Shown: positions 16,702 through 28,518, numbered from the stretch's first letter. The stretch is 64,000 bases of DNA from Candidatus Omnitrophota bacterium (GCA_029261055.1 JAJDCA010000071.1:153778-217777); one strand, 5' to 3'. The notes: generated by a model from the sequence alone, not told the origin. Program-made: numbers and translations.

Positions 16702-19700
16702 ATGTTTGATTTTCTTATTAAGAAACAAGCTGTTAAAAATACGCAAAAATTTATTGATAAATTAGAGCCTAAGGTGCAAGTGTATGTTTCAGAAGAACTG
16801 CCTTTGCCATCAGTTAAGGTGATAAAGAAAAAAGCTGCTATTGTATCTCAGATTAATGCCCTTGAAGAAAAAATTAGTGGATTGTCTGATGGTGATTTGA
16901 AGGCAAAGACACAGGAATTTAAGTCAAGATATCAAGAGGTGGTTAAAAAAGATCAAGAGGCTCTGGCACAACAGCAAGATTTTTATAAAAAAGCATCGGG
17001 ACCTGAAGAAAAAGAAAATATTAATCTGCAAATAGAAAAGGCGCAAGAGACACTTAAGAAGGCGAAGCAAAAGTCTCTTGATGAAATTTTACCTGAGGCT
17101 TTTGCTGTGGTGAGGGAGGCAGGTAAAAGAGTGCTTTCGATGCGACATTTTGATGTTCAAATGATTGGCGGTATGGTTTTGCATGAAGGGAATATTGCAG
17201 AGATGACTACAGGGGAAGGGAAAACTTTGGTAGCAACATTACCTTCTTATTTGAATGCCTTAACTGGCGAAGGTGTGCATGTTGTGACCGTGAATGATTA
17301 TTTAGCTAATCGTGATTGTGGATGGATGGGGCCGATTTTTGAATTTTTAGGGTTAACCATTGGCGTGATTCAACATGATATGATGCCGCGCGAACGTCAG
17401 GACGCTTACGCATGTGATATTGTTTATGGAACAAATAATGAATTTGGATTTGATTATCTTCGAGACAATATGGTGAATTACAAAGAAGAAATGGTACAAA
17501 AAAGACATCATTTTGCGGTTGTTGATGAGGTGGATAGTATTTTGATTGATGAGGCAAGAACGCCGCTTATCATTTCCGGTCCGGCTGAAGAATCTACAGA
17601 TAAATATTACAGAGCAAATGAAATTTCCAAAAAACTCAAAGGTAGGCGCGTAACGGAAAAAGATGAAATTGATGCTAAGCATCGTCAAGAAGATTTATCT
17701 GTAGGGTTTGATTATATGGCGGATGAAAAGGCTAAATCTGTTTCATTGACGGAAACGGGAGAAATAAATGTGGCCAAATTATTTGGGATCGATAATTTGC
17801 ATGACATGGAAACCATCGAGTATCGTCATCATATTTTAGCAGCGTTGAGAGCTAAAGAGTTTTTTGTACAAGACGTAGACTATGTTCTTCGTGATGGTGA
17901 AGTCATTATCGTTGATGAATTCACCGGACGTATGATGCCGGGTCGACGCTGGTCGGATGGTTTACACCAGGCTGTAGAAGCCAAAGAAGGGATTAAGATT
18001 GCACGGGAAAATCAGACGTTAGCAACGATTACATTCCAGAATTATTTTCGGCTTTATGAAAAATTGTCCGGTATGACCGGTACAGCGCATACCGAAGCAA
18101 CAGAGTTTAAGCAAATTTATGATTTAGACTGCGTTTCAATTCCAACAAATAAAAAGTTACAGAGGACTAATCATCCAGATTGTGTTTATCGAAGTTTGAA
18201 GGAAAAATTTGCCGCCGTTGTGGAGGAAATTGCCGACTGTCATAAACAAGGGCAGCCTGTTTTAGTGGGGACAATTTCCATAGAGAAATCCGAATTATTG
18301 TCGAAAATGTTAAAACAGAAAGGTGTTGAGCATAAAGTGCTTAATGCTAAATATCATGAAATGGAAGCTCATATTATTGCCCAGGCGGGACGATATAAAG
18401 GTGTAACCATTGCAACGAATATGGCTGGTCGCGGAACGGATATTGTTTTGGGAGGGAATGCAGAATATTTGGCTCAGAATTTAGTTGAACAAAAGGTTAA
18501 AACTAAAAAATCTGAAGAAGGAGACTCAGAAGAGTTAACAGAAAAATTTATTGAACAGTTTCGGCAGCAGGTAAAAGAGGAAAATGGAAAAGTTCTTGAG
18601 GCGGGTGGTTTGTATGTTTTGGGAACGGAGCGGCATGAATCTCGGCGGATTGATAATCAGTTGCGTGGTCGTCAGGGGCGTCAGGGGGATCCAGGGGCTT
18701 CACGTTTTTTTGTTTCTTTGGAAGATGATTTAATGCGCCTTTTTGCTTCCGATAGAATTATTGGTCTTATGGATAAACTGGGTATGGAAGAAGGGCAAGT
18801 GTTAGAGCATCCGTGGTTGACAAAAGCGATTGAGAATGCGCAGAGAAGAGTTGAGGGACATAATTTTGAAATTCGTAAACATCTTTTGGAATATGATAAT
18901 GTGATGAATCGACAGCGTGAAGTTATTTATAATCTTCGACGGGATGTTTTAGAAAGTGAAGATGTTAAATATCTTATTGTTCAGGCTATTGAAGATGCCG
19001 CTGAAGATATTGTTGCACAGCATCTTTTTGAGGATGGGCAGGAAGAATCCGGTTGGGATATTGAAGGATTAGAAACTTATTTAAAGACTAAGTTTAATTG
19101 TGATGTAGGAGATCATAGGGAAAAATTGAATGATATGTCCAGGGAGAAAATTGCCGATTTAATTCGTGAAAAATTATTATCCCTTTATGGTGTGAAAGAA
19201 AGAGATATTGACTCTCAAAATTTACGTCATTTGGAAAAAATGCTTTTATTACAGACCATTGATGCGAAATGGAAAGATCATCTTTATGCTATGGATCATT
19301 TAAAGGAAGGGATTAACCTTCGTTCTGTTGCCCAGAGAGACCCGATTATTGAATACAAGAGAGAAGGTTTTGAAATGTTTCAGCAGATGTATATTTCTGT
19401 CAGCCGCGAAGTGATTGAAATTTTGTTTAAGATACAGTCGGCAGAACCTTCGCAAAAAGTTAAAGGTGTTTTTAGTTCATTGCCTCAGAAACTCGTTCAT
19501 AATGAATTTTCCGGTTTATCTGGGCCAGAAGCTCAAGATCAAGGCCTTCAGCCCATTCAGCCGTCATCATCCTCCTTTTCAAGTGCATCTCCTCAGGAAA
19601 ACGCGCCTACTTTTGAACCTCTCCGAAAAACTGGCCCCAAAGTCGGCCGCAATGACCCCTGCCCCTGCGGCAGTGGAAAAAAACATAAAAAATGCTGCGG

Positions 19701-19704
19701 GTAG
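16702..19704 (+). CDS. secA: Preprotein translocase ATPase SecA
   Basis: 1000-aa DEAD-like motor (…[11 protein letters not shown]…[10 protein letters not shown]…). C-terminal zinc-binding tail [14 protein letters not shown]. Confidence 0.9.
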   Translation: MFDFLIKKQAVKNTQKFIDKLEPKVQVYVSEELPLPSVKVIKKKAAIVSQINALEEKISGLSDGDLKAKTQEFKSRYQEVVKKDQEALAQQQDFYKKASGPEEKENINLQIEKAQETLKKAKQKSLDEILPEAFAVVREAGKRVLSMRHFDVQMIGGMVLHEGNIAEMTTGEGKTLVATLPSYLNALTGEGVHVVTVNDYLANRDCGWMGPIFEFLGLTIGVIQHDMMPRERQDAYACDIVYGTNNEFGFDYLRDNMVNYKEEMVQKRHHFAVVDEVDSILIDEARTPLIISGPAEESTDKYYRANEISKKLKGRRVTEKDEIDAKHRQEDLSVGFDYMADEKAKSVSLTETGEINVAKLFGIDNLHDMETIEYRHHILAALRAKEFFVQDVDYVLRDGEVIIVDEFTGRMMPGRRWSDGLHQAVEAKEGIKIARENQTLATITFQNYFRLYEKLSGMTGTAHTEATEFKQIYDLDCVSIPTNKKLQRTNHPDCVYRSLKEKFAAVVEEIADCHKQGQPVLVGTISIEKSELLSKMLKQKGVEHKVLNAKYHEMEAHIIAQAGRYKGVTIATNMAGRGTDIVLGGNAEYLAQNLVEQKVKTKKSEEGDSEELTEKFIEQFRQQVKEENGKVLEAGGLYVLGTERHESRRIDNQLRGRQGRQGDPGASRFFVSLEDDLMRLFASDRIIGLMDKLGMEEGQVLEHPWLTKAIENAQRRVEGHNFEIRKHLLEYDNVMNRQREVIYNLRRDVLESEDVKYLIVQAIEDAAEDIVAQHLFEDGQEESGWDIEGLETYLKTKFNCDVGDHREKLNDMSREKIADLIREKLLSLYGVKERDIDSQNLRHLEKMLLLQTIDAKWKDHLYAMDHLKEGINLRSVAQRDPIIEYKREGFEMFQQMYISVSREVIEILFKIQSAEPSQKVKGVFSSLPQKLVHNEFSGLSGPEAQDQGLQPIQPSSSSFSSASPQENAPTFEPLRKTGPKVGRNDPCPCGSGKKHKKCCG

Positions 19705-21203
19705 AAAAATTAATAAAAAAGAGTGCCCCGATACTTCTAGTTTGTTTTTCTGCGATATTGCTCACCTTGGCTTTTCCTAAAACTGACGTATGGATTTTGA
19801 CATGGATTGGGCTTGTGCCATTAATGTTGGCTTTGGATGGGCAGAAGCCGTTTAAAGCGTTTTGGACGGCATATTTTTGTGGCGTGCTTTTTTTTGCCGG
19901 TACGCTGTATTGGCTTGTTCATGTCACGATTCCTGGGGCGATGCTTATGGTTTTGGTTTTGTCTGTTTATTTTGGTTTGTTTGGTTGGGGTTATAGTTAT
20001 TTTTCTGGTCAAAAGCCAGTGTGGAAATTATTTTTACTGCCTAGCCTTTGGGTAGGGTTAGAGTTTTTACGTACACATCTTTTTACTGGTTTTGGGTGGG
20101 CGAGTTTAGGATATTCGCAGTATAAAAATTTACCAGTGATTCAAATAGCAGATATTACCGGCCTATTTGGTGTTTCATTTTTGATTGTGATGGTGAATGT
20201 TTTTTTGAAGGAATGGATCGTAACCACAAGCAGACCTCCGAGGTTTGTTTGTGGTCTGATTGTGGTGATTACGCTTGGAATTGTTTTAGGGTATGGAGGT
20301 TTTCGTCTCAATGAAAAGGATAGTTCTTCGGGGATGTCCGTAGCGGTTGTTCAGGCTAATATTCCGCAAGAAATGAAATGGCGGGAATCGGCTTGGCCAA
20401 GCATTATGAAAAAATATTTGGCCTTAACCGAAAAAGCATCTCAAGATCAGCCAGATCTTATTATTTGGCCTGAAACAGCTTTTCCAGGGTTTTTGTGGGA
20501 AGATGATGATGTATTAAAAGATGTAAGGCAATTGGTACGCAATATTCAAATACCTTTATTGTTTGGCTCTGTTGTAAAGGAGGGGGGGGACTATTATAAT
20601 TCGGCTATTTTCCTCGACAAAGATGGTGAATTCTCTGAAGGTTATAATAAAATACATTTAGTCCCTTTTGGTGAATATATTCCTTTGCGAGGATTTTTTC
20701 CGTTTTTAAGTGATATTGTGCCAATCGCAGACTTTACACCAGGTAATCAATATACTGTTTACAAAAAAGGTTTTTCAGTTTTAATTTGTTTTGAAGATAC
20801 GATAGCCTGGTTGACAAGACAATTTGTAGGGCAAGGGGCGCAATGGTTGATTAATATTACGAATGATGCATGGTTTCAAGATACAAAAGAACCTTTTATG
20901 CATTTGCAAGGATCGGTTTTTCGTGCGATTGAAAATAGAAGAAATCTTGTCCGGGCTGCGAATACAGGGGTAAGTTGTTTTATTGATTCTTATGGAAGGA
21001 TTGTGCAGAAATTGCAGAATCAAAATCAAAAAACAACCTTCATCGCTGGTTCCTCCACGGGAACGGTTTATTTAAGGGATAGAAAATCTTTTTATACAAA
21101 ATATGGAGATGTTTTTGCATATTTATGTTTTGGGTGTATACTGATGGGTGTTGTGTTAAGAAATTTAAAAATTTCTGGAGAAAAATATGAAAAATATACT
21201 TGA
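19692..21203 (+). CDS. lnt: Apolipoprotein N-acyltransferase
   Basis: N-terminal multi-TM region plus C-terminal CN-hydrolase domain (…LIIWPETAFPGF…, C in ICFEDT). Confidence 0.75.
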   Translation: MLRVEKLIKKSAPILLVCFSAILLTLAFPKTDVWILTWIGLVPLMLALDGQKPFKAFWTAYFCGVLFFAGTLYWLVHVTIPGAMLMVLVLSVYFGLFGWGYSYFSGQKPVWKLFLLPSLWVGLEFLRTHLFTGFGWASLGYSQYKNLPVIQIADITGLFGVSFLIVMVNVFLKEWIVTTSRPPRFVCGLIVVITLGIVLGYGGFRLNEKDSSSGMSVAVVQANIPQEMKWRESAWPSIMKKYLALTEKASQDQPDLIIWPETAFPGFLWEDDDVLKDVRQLVRNIQIPLLFGSVVKEGGDYYNSAIFLDKDGEFSEGYNKIHLVPFGEYIPLRGFFPFLSDIVPIADFTPGNQYTVYKKGFSVLICFEDTIAWLTRQFVGQGAQWLINITNDAWFQDTKEPFMHLQGSVFRAIENRRNLVRAANTGVSCFIDSYGRIVQKLQNQNQKTTFIAGSSTGTVYLRDRKSFYTKYGDVFAYLCFGCILMGVVLRNLKISGEKYEKYT

Positions 21204-21918
21204 TAATGTAAAAACGATAGGTGTTTTATTATCCGTATTATTTGGCATTTCCTTGATTAATTATCTCTTTGTTTTCCACGTTGAGGGTTTTAGTTGGAAC
21301 ACAGTTTTTTTAATTGTTTTATTTGTAGGCTCATTTGTGGGCTCATTAGCCGTGATTTGTTTACAAGATTGGGGGAGGGTTGTATTAGTTTTGGCGCACG
21401 CTTTTTTGGCAGTGTATTTTATAAAACCCTATTTAATAATGGACAATATTTTATCCATTGGATACGTATCTATAAGTATTATAATTATTCTTTTTTTTAC
21501 CCAAGAACAAACCAAAACACGCTTTTTGGTAAAAGGTGGAAAAGTCGATTGGAAATCTATTTTAGTTGTTGATGATGATGAAACTTTGTTGAGGACGATT
21601 CGTCCAATTCTGATTACGCATGGCTATTCTGTTTTAACGGCAAATACAGGTGAAAGCGGCTTACAAGTTGCGATTAGCCAGAAACCTGATTTAATTATTT
21701 TGGATGTTATTCTTCCGGGAATGATAGGAAGAAAGGTATGTGAAAATTTAAAATCAAACCCAGCCACCAAAAATATTCCTGTGGTTTTTTTAACGGCAAA
21801 AGATTCTGCTTATGATATTCAAGCCGAAATGGATGTCGGCGGTGAAGCGCATTTAACTAAGCCGGTTAATGCGAAGGCACTAATTGAAACCATCCGAAAT
21901 GTCCTCAAGATGCGGTAA
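21187..21918 (+). CDS. Membrane-anchored response-regulator receiver (REC) domain protein
   Basis: Three predicted TM helices, then a CheY-like receiver (ILVVDDDETLL…LIILDVILPGMIG…FLTAKD…). No output domain. The start overlaps the lnt end. Confidence 0.6.
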   Translation: MKNILDNVKTIGVLLSVLFGISLINYLFVFHVEGFSWNTVFLIVLFVGSFVGSLAVICLQDWGRVVLVLAHAFLAVYFIKPYLIMDNILSIGYVSISIIIILFFTQEQTKTRFLVKGGKVDWKSILVVDDDETLLRTIRPILITHGYSVLTANTGESGLQVAISQKPDLIILDVILPGMIGRKVCENLKSNPATKNIPVVFLTAKDSAYDIQAEMDVGGEAHLTKPVNAKALIETIRNVLKMR

Positions 21919-21922
21919 TTTT

Positions 21923-22843
21923 ATGAAATCCCCCCTTAAACTAAAAGAATTTAATCGAGCATTTGCCCGGAATAGTTTATATGCCGTTTCGTGGTGTTTT
22001 AATCGTCTTCCTTTTTGGGCTATTCGTTTTTTTTCTTATCTGCTTGTGTCTATTGCATTTTATTTTATTAAGAAGCAGCGAAAAATTGCACAAGAGAGTC
22101 TTGATATAGCTTTTGGTCAAGAAAAAAGTGCCCAAGATGTTAATAATATCATAAAGAAATGTTTTAGGAATTTTGGTTACGGCATGATTGAAATGTTTTA
22201 TTTTATGGCCCACCCACAACTGATTAATCCACAAGTTGCATTAGAAGGTAAAGAGCATATTGAAGCCGCCTTTAAACAAGGAAAAGGAATTATTGCGGTA
22301 ACAGCCCATTTTGGTAATTTTCCATTGATGATGTTGCGTTGTATTAGGGAGGGATATAAGGTGAATGTTATTCTTCGTCATATGCGGGATCAAAAATTTG
22401 AAGAATTTTTAGCAAAAAAAAGATCTGAGGTTGGATTAAAATCAATCTATGCCATCCCACGTCGAGAGTGTGTAAAAACTTCTTTGGAAGCGTTAAAGAA
22501 TAATGAAATGGTGTTTATTCCCCTTGATCAAAATTTTGGAAGTAAGGGAGGCGTATTTGTGGATTTTTTTGGACAAAAAGCGGCGACAGCCACAGGTCCG
22601 GTTGTTTTTGCCCGCCGTTCAAATGCTGTTATTTTACCCATGTTTGTTGTGCGGCAAAAAGATGATACGCACAAAATTATTGTGGAGCCACCGCTTGAGC
22701 TTGAAGAGGGAAAAGATGATGAGGATGTGAAATTAGTGAACACTGCAAAAATAACAAAAATTATTGAGAAGTATATACGGAAGTATCCCGAGGAATGGGG
22801 TTGGATGCATCGACGCTGGAAGAGCCGCCCAAAAACTCGGTAA
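21923..22843 (+). CDS. Lipid A biosynthesis (Kdo2-lipid IVA) acyltransferase, LpxL/HtrB family
   Basis: N-terminal membrane anchor and 'HFGNFPLM' acyltransferase motif region. Family-level resemblance to lauroyl/myristoyl acyltransferases. The start was chosen at the ATG directly after the upstream stop. Confidence 0.6.
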   Translation: MKSPLKLKEFNRAFARNSLYAVSWCFNRLPFWAIRFFSYLLVSIAFYFIKKQRKIAQESLDIAFGQEKSAQDVNNIIKKCFRNFGYGMIEMFYFMAHPQLINPQVALEGKEHIEAAFKQGKGIIAVTAHFGNFPLMMLRCIREGYKVNVILRHMRDQKFEEFLAKKRSEVGLKSIYAIPRRECVKTSLEALKNNEMVFIPLDQNFGSKGGVFVDFFGQKAATATGPVVFARRSNAVILPMFVVRQKDDTHKIIVEPPLELEEGKDDEDVKLVNTAKITKIIEKYIRKYPEEWGWMHRRWKSRPKTR

Positions 22844-22862
22844 CATTGGAGAACATTAATTT

Positions 22863-23030
22863 ATGGCTAAAAAATCACTTTATGCAATCGCAGGTATTCC
22901 CTTATTAATTGTGGGCATTACATTAATCCTTGTGTGGTGGGTAGATGTTGTTAGTATTTTTCGTGGAGGTATTGGATTGGCCTTAGCCCTGGCTGGATTA
23001 TTAGTGTTATATTCGGCAAATAAAAAATAG
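22863..23030 (+). CDS. Small two-TM membrane protein (55 aa), hypothetical
   Basis: MAKKSLYAIAGIPLLIVGITLILVWWVDVVSIFRGGIGLALALAGLLVLYSANKK. Not in the ORF track (<60 aa). It is an intergenic ORF with hydrophobic composition. Confidence 0.3.
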   Translation: MAKKSLYAIAGIPLLIVGITLILVWWVDVVSIFRGGIGLALALAGLLVLYSANKK

Positions 23031-23055
23031 CGACGAGCCATTATTCAAATTAATT

Positions 23056-24033
23056 ATGTATTGGTTACAATTTCTTATAAGTGCTTTTATGATAGTTATC
23101 AGTGGGGTTCGGCTTACTCGATACGCTGATAAACTTAGTGATCAAATTCAACTTGGAAAAGTATGGGTTGGAATTATGCTGTTGGGACTTGTAACGTCTT
23201 TACCTGAGTTAGTGACGAGTCTCATAGCTGTGATTTCTATAGGCGCGGAAGATTTAGCCGTGGGTAATTTGCTGGGAAGTAATAATTTTAACCCTATGCT
23301 CATTGTTGTTATGGATATAATTTATCGGAAAGGATCTGTTACGAATGCTATTGTGCCACGTTCTTCCCATAAAATATCCGCATTTTTGGCGATGAGTCTA
23401 GCCATAGTCGTGATTATGCAAATCTTTTTTAGGATACCATTTCTTTTTTCTTTGGGAAGTTTTTTGATCGTTTTAATTTATTTTGGAGGAATGAGATATT
23501 TGGCGCATATTGGGAAAGCAGAGTCTCAAACACAGCAATATGATACATCGCAAAAACCGATGTCGCTAAGTCGTATATGGATAAATTTAATCGTGAGTGC
23601 TATATTGATTGTTTTGGCGGCTATGTGGTTGACACATTCGGCAGATACAATAGCTGAAAAGACAGGTTTGGGGCGGACGTTTGTAGGAAGTATTCTTTTA
23701 GCTATTGTCACTTCGTTACCTGAAATGGTAGTTACGATTTCGGCCTTAAAATTAGGTTCATTTGATTTGGCGGTAGGAAATATTTTTGGCAGTAATATGA
23801 CCAATACTTTTATTCTTGTCATTTGTGATATGGTTCAGCCTGGAGCCGCCATATTAAATGCCGTTGCCCCAACCCATATTTTTACGGCGATTTTAAGTGT
23901 TATTTTGGTAGGTGTTGTTGTGACAGGTATTTATACAAGAAATAAAAAAACAATTTTTGGTTTGGGGTGGGATTCTGTTATAATGATTTTTTTCTTTATT
24001 ATGGGGACGGGGCTGCTGTATAAATTGAAATAG
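23056..24033 (+). CDS. Ca2+/cation antiporter, CaCA (YrbG-like) family
   Basis: Two alpha-repeat motifs (GNLLGSNNFN…, GNIFGSNMTN…) in a ~10-TM protein. Confidence 0.7.
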   Translation: MYWLQFLISAFMIVISGVRLTRYADKLSDQIQLGKVWVGIMLLGLVTSLPELVTSLIAVISIGAEDLAVGNLLGSNNFNPMLIVVMDIIYRKGSVTNAIVPRSSHKISAFLAMSLAIVVIMQIFFRIPFLFSLGSFLIVLIYFGGMRYLAHIGKAESQTQQYDTSQKPMSLSRIWINLIVSAILIVLAAMWLTHSADTIAEKTGLGRTFVGSILLAIVTSLPEMVVTISALKLGSFDLAVGNIFGSNMTNTFILVICDMVQPGAAILNAVAPTHIFTAILSVILVGVVVTGIYTRNKKTIFGLGWDSVIMIFFFIMGTGLLYKLK

Positions 24034-24036
24034 TTT

Positions 24037-24651
24037 TTGGGAATAAATATTATGCTTAAACATTTTAAAAAATATTTTCTTTCAGGATTAGTCGTTTTTC
24101 TTCCGATGGCTTTGACGGTGTATTTATTTGTTTTGGCCATAAATTTTACGGATGGACTTGTTGGGAAGTATTTGCAGCCTTATTTTTATGAGAATTTTGG
24201 TTTTTATTTCCGAGGGATTAGTATTCTTGTCGGTGTTTTTCTTATTGTGTCGGTAGGTTTTTTTGTGACGAATTTCTTAGGACGAAAGGTTTACGATTTT
24301 TTTGAGAAACTGTTGGTTAAACTTCCATTTTTTAGACAGGTGTATCCAGCCATTAAAGAAATGGCTATTTTTTTATTTTCTCGAGAACGATTGAGTTCTT
24401 TTCGTCAAGTCGTTTTATTGGAGTATCCGCGGAAAGGTATTTATTCGTTTGGTTTCTTAACAAATGAATCGGCGCAAAAAGTTTCAGAAGCAACTAAAGT
24501 GGAATTATGTAATGTGTTTGTCCCGAGTGCTCCTGGTCCTTTAACAGGTTTTGCGCTCATGGTGCCTAAAAAAGAAATTATTTTTACAGATATTACTGTT
24601 GAAGAAGCTTTTAAATTTATTGTTTCAGGTGGGGTGGTTAATCCCGGATAG
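24037..24651 (+). CDS. DUF502-family membrane protein
   Basis: Two N-terminal TM helices and a conserved DUF502-like core (…LLEYPRKGIYSFGFLT…PSAPGPLTGF…). Assigned by sequence pattern only. Confidence 0.5.
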   Translation: MGINIMLKHFKKYFLSGLVVFLPMALTVYLFVLAINFTDGLVGKYLQPYFYENFGFYFRGISILVGVFLIVSVGFFVTNFLGRKVYDFFEKLLVKLPFFRQVYPAIKEMAIFLFSRERLSSFRQVVLLEYPRKGIYSFGFLTNESAQKVSEATKVELCNVFVPSAPGPLTGFALMVPKKEIIFTDITVEEAFKFIVSGGVVNPG

Positions 24652-24775
24652 TCCGGGTAACTCTGATTCAGAGACTTTTTTAATAATTTTAATTGCTTAT
24701 TAGGCCCTTTTTTTGTATAAATATCGTTTAAAAAGTTTGAATAAACAATAGCATAGAAAAGAGAGGTGTATTACT

Positions 24776-24856
24776 ATGAGTAAAAAGAAAAGAAGAGGGA
24801 AATTAAGTTGGCGTTCTAAAAAAGCAAACCATGGAACCAAACCAAACAAAGGATAA
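24776..24856 (+). CDS. Small highly basic peptide (26 aa), hypothetical
   Basis: MSKKKRRGKLSWRSKKANHGTKPNKG with a strong SD (GAGAGGTG) 8 nt upstream. It sits just before hppA. Vague resemblance to small ribosomal/THX-like peptides. Not verified. Confidence 0.25.
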   Translation: MSKKKRRGKLSWRSKKANHGTKPNKG

Positions 24857-24863
24857 ATAATAT

Positions 24864-26960
24864 ATGTCAGACTTTATTTTTTTTGTGCCACTGTGTGCCG
24901 TAATTGCATTAGGTTTTTCAGGATATCTTACCTTAAAAATATTTCGGCATGAAGAAGGCAGTGAAAAAATGATCGAAATTGCTGTTGCCGTTCGCGAAGG
25001 TGCATCAGCCTATTTAGGTAGGCAATATAAAGCTGTCAGTGTCTTTTTTCTTATTGTATTTTTATTGCTTTTTGGACTTGTCCTTAAGGGGTATTTTGTT
25101 ATATTTGTGCCGTTTGCTTTTATTGCAGGTGGATTTTTTTCCGGTTTAGCTGGATTCTTTGGGATGAAAATTGCCACGCATTCGAGTGCACGGACAGCTC
25201 ATGCCTGTAAATCGAGTTTGAATGCCGGCCTGAGGCTCGCTTTTTCGTCAGGGGCTGTTATGGGATTTATCGTCGTTGGACTCGGCCTTTTAGATATAAG
25301 TATTTGGTACTTTGGTCTTGACTGGTATTATTCTAATAATCCCCTTCCAGAAGGTGTTAGTAAATTAACGGTCATTACAAGTACAATGCTGTGTTTAGGA
25401 ATGGGGGCGAGTTTTATGGCCCTTTTTGCGCGTGTTGGTGGCGGTATTTTTACGAAGGCAGCTGATGTTGGAGCCGATCTTGTTGGGAAAGTTGAGGCAG
25501 GCATTCCAGAAGATGATCCTAGAAATCCAGCTGTTATTGCAGACAATGTTGGGGATAATGTTGGTGATGTAGCTGGCATGGGCGCAGATCTTTTTGAATC
25601 TTACATTGGTTCGATTATCGCGACGTCAACATTGGGTGTAGCGGCTGGTCTTGGTGTAAAAGGTCTGACGGTTCCTATGATATTAGCTTCTGTTGGCGTT
25701 TTAGCTTCTATTATCGGAACGTATTTTGTTAAGACAAAAGAAGATGCCACACAAGAAGCCTTACTCATGGCCTTACGAAAAGGAATTTTTATTGCTTCGG
25801 GAATTGTGGCCGTATTGGCTTATATTATTGTCAGGGGGGTTCTTGGGATTCAATATACCGGAATCGCTTGGGCGATTATTACAGGATTATTAGCAGGTTT
25901 ATTCATTGGATTGACGACAGAATATTTTACGTCTGCTAGTTATAAGCCTACGCAAAAATTATCTGAAACAGCTCTAACAGGTCCGGCAACGATTATTATT
26001 GGAGGTTTGTCTTTGGGTATGATGTCTACGGCAATGCCTGTTATTATTATTGCCGGCGCGATATTACTCAGTTTCTTTCTGGCGGGTGGTGGTAGTGACA
26101 CTACTCTTGGATTGTATGGCATAGGTATTGCAGCAGTAGGAATGCTGAGTACATTGGGAATTACATTAGCAACGGATGCTTATGGGCCGGTAGCTGATAA
26201 TGCCGGCGGTATTGCGCAGATGGCTGATCTTGATCCTGAGGTACGAAAAAAAACAGATGCCCTTGACTCATTAGGAAATACGACAGCCGCTACGGGAAAA
26301 GGTTTTGCCATTGGTTCGGCTGCTTTAACGGCATTAGCTTTAATTGCTGCGTACAAAGAAGGGGTTATTTTAGCCGGCGGAACAATTCATCTTGATTTGA
26401 TGAATCCGGTGGTTTTAATTGGTCTTTTTATTGGAACAATGATGCCATTTTTATTTTCAGCTTTGACGATGAGTGCTGTAGGGCGGGCTGCAGGTATGGT
26501 AGTCGTCGAAGTTAGGCGACAGTTTAAAGAGATTGCAGGTATTATGGAAGGCAAAGGTAAACCTGATTATGCCCGTTGTGTGAGTATTGTAACAAAAGCT
26601 GCTTTGAAAGAAATGATATTGCCCGCATTATTAGCTTTAGTCACCCCGATAGTTGTTGGAATTTTATTTGGTGTTAATTGTGTCGGAGGGCTTTTAATTG
26701 GAGCGACAGCATCAGGTTTTGTTTTAGCCATTATGATGGCCAATTCCGGTGGGGCGTGGGATAACGCCAAAAAACATATGGAAGAAGGCGCTTGTGGCGG
26801 TAAGGGCTCAGATGCCCATAAAGCCGGTGTGGTTGGAGACACCGTGGGGGACCCGTTTAAAGACACTTCCGGACCGAGCATTAATATTCTTATCAAACTT
26901 ATGTCTATCGTTTCAATTGTTTTTGTAGCATTTGTGATTAAAAACACCTTAATTCCTTAA
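24864..26960 (+). CDS. hppA: Membrane-bound proton/sodium-translocating pyrophosphatase
   Basis: 698-aa polytopic protein with signature [20 protein letters not shown] and '[11 protein letters not shown]' motifs. Confidence 0.9.
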   Translation: MSDFIFFVPLCAVIALGFSGYLTLKIFRHEEGSEKMIEIAVAVREGASAYLGRQYKAVSVFFLIVFLLLFGLVLKGYFVIFVPFAFIAGGFFSGLAGFFGMKIATHSSARTAHACKSSLNAGLRLAFSSGAVMGFIVVGLGLLDISIWYFGLDWYYSNNPLPEGVSKLTVITSTMLCLGMGASFMALFARVGGGIFTKAADVGADLVGKVEAGIPEDDPRNPAVIADNVGDNVGDVAGMGADLFESYIGSIIATSTLGVAAGLGVKGLTVPMILASVGVLASIIGTYFVKTKEDATQEALLMALRKGIFIASGIVAVLAYIIVRGVLGIQYTGIAWAIITGLLAGLFIGLTTEYFTSASYKPTQKLSETALTGPATIIIGGLSLGMMSTAMPVIIIAGAILLSFFLAGGGSDTTLGLYGIGIAAVGMLSTLGITLATDAYGPVADNAGGIAQMADLDPEVRKKTDALDSLGNTTAATGKGFAIGSAALTALALIAAYKEGVILAGGTIHLDLMNPVVLIGLFIGTMMPFLFSALTMSAVGRAAGMVVVEVRRQFKEIAGIMEGKGKPDYARCVSIVTKAALKEMILPALLALVTPIVVGILFGVNCVGGLLIGATASGFVLAIMMANSGGAWDNAKKHMEEGACGGKGSDAHKAGVVGDTVGDPFKDTSGPSINILIKLMSIVSIVFVAFVIKNTLIP

Positions 26961-26969
26961 TTCTCTACT

Positions 26970-28496
26970 ATGAAGCAACCTCAATTAAGTGAAGCGCATC
27001 ATCCGCGACCGCAGTGGAAGTCTCGAATGGGATTTATCCTTGCTGCATTAGGATCAGCCGTTGGATTAGGTAATATTTGGCGGTTTTCTTACCTGTGTTA
27101 TAAAAATGGCGGCGGAGCGTTTCTTGTTCCTTATCTTATTGCCCTCTTTGTTGTGGGTATTCCCCTTATGATTTTAGAATTAGGCATCGGGCATCGTATG
27201 CGCGGTAGTGCGCCTATGACTTTTGCAAAAGTTAACCGTAATTGGGAATGGTGTGGTTGGTGGGCGGTTATTTGTGCAATGTTTGGGATTATGCTTTATT
27301 ATTCAACGGTGATTTCTTGGTGTTTTAATTATGTCTTTTTTTCATTTGATCTAAGGTGGGGAATAGATGCAAATCATTTCTTTTTTCAAGAATTTTTGAA
27401 AATAAGTTCTGGTCCTGGAGAAATTGGTGATATTATTTCACCCATTGTTTTAGGCTTGATTGGTGTTTGGGCTTTTAGTTGGCTCATTGTATTCTTTGGT
27501 GTGCAAAAAGGGGTGGAGCGCGCCAATAAAATTTTTATGCCTTTATTGCTTGTTCTAACGATTGTATTGGTTGTTTTAAGTGTTCGGTTAGAGGGGGCCA
27601 TGGAAGGCATTAAAGTATATTTAACTCCAAATTTTGATCTTCTCACCAAAAAGCAGGTTTGGATTGATGCCTTTTCTCAAATATTTTTTACGTTGTCCCT
27701 AAGTTTTGGGATTATGATTACGTATGCTTCCTATCTTCCACGTAAAGTTAATATTGTTAAAGATGCTTACATCATTAGTTTAGGTAATTGTTTATTCTCG
27801 TTTATTTCAGGTTTTGCCGTATTTGGGACGTTAGGATATATGTCACATGCAACGGGTAAACCTGTTTCTGAAGTTGTCAGTCAAGCTATTGGGCTTGCTT
27901 TTGTGACTTATCCGCAGGCCATCAGTTTGATGCCGAAAATGTTTTGTAATTTTTTTGGTGTCTTATTTTTTGGCAGCCTTGTCGTTGCCGGGTTATCTAG
28001 TGCTGTTTCATTGATAGAAGCTTTTAGTTCCGCAGTGATTGATAAGTTCCATTACCCTCGGAAGGTTGTTGTTTCTGTTGTATGCATTGCAGGGTTTTTC
28101 GGGAGCATTATTTTTACATCACAGAGTGGATTGTTTTGGATCGATATCGTCGATCATTTTATTAATCAATATGGGCTAATTTTGGTGGGTATTTTTCAGT
28201 GCATTTTATTAGGTTGGATTTTTAAATTATCCAAATTGCGAGAGCATATCAATCATGCCGGAGGAATTGTTTTGCGCAGATGGTGGGAGGTATGTATTAA
28301 ATTTGTTACTCCGATTGTTCTTATTTTGCTGTTTATAAATAATTTACAAAAGGAACTTTCCAGCCCGTATGAAGGCTATCCTTGGGAGGCGATTATTCTC
28401 ATCGGTCGTGACTGGTTAATAGTTGCTTTGATTGCGGCTTTGTTTGTTGCGATGCGCCCATGGAAAAGAGAATTAGTAGATCAATCTGAACATTAA
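26970..28496 (+). CDS. Sodium-dependent transporter, neurotransmitter:sodium symporter (SNF) family
   Basis: N-terminal 'GLGNIWRFSYLCYKNGGGAFLVPYLI' NSS signature. 12-TM topology. Confidence 0.8.
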   Translation: MKQPQLSEAHHPRPQWKSRMGFILAALGSAVGLGNIWRFSYLCYKNGGGAFLVPYLIALFVVGIPLMILELGIGHRMRGSAPMTFAKVNRNWEWCGWWAVICAMFGIMLYYSTVISWCFNYVFFSFDLRWGIDANHFFFQEFLKISSGPGEIGDIISPIVLGLIGVWAFSWLIVFFGVQKGVERANKIFMPLLLVLTIVLVVLSVRLEGAMEGIKVYLTPNFDLLTKKQVWIDAFSQIFFTLSLSFGIMITYASYLPRKVNIVKDAYIISLGNCLFSFISGFAVFGTLGYMSHATGKPVSEVVSQAIGLAFVTYPQAISLMPKMFCNFFGVLFFGSLVVAGLSSAVSLIEAFSSAVIDKFHYPRKVVVSVVCIAGFFGSIIFTSQSGLFWIDIVDHFINQYGLILVGIFQCILLGWIFKLSKLREHINHAGGIVLRRWWEVCIKFVTPIVLILLFINNLQKELSSPYEGYPWEAIILIGRDWLIVALIAALFVAMRPWKRELVDQSEH

Positions 28497-28518
28497 GAAA
28501 AATAAAAGGAGGCTTGCA

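Noticed and set aside
19415-19780. ORF 19415..19780 overlapping the secA 3' end and the lnt start
   Set aside because: It lies in an alternative frame of the well-supported secA C-terminal tail, and its translation has no recognisable features.
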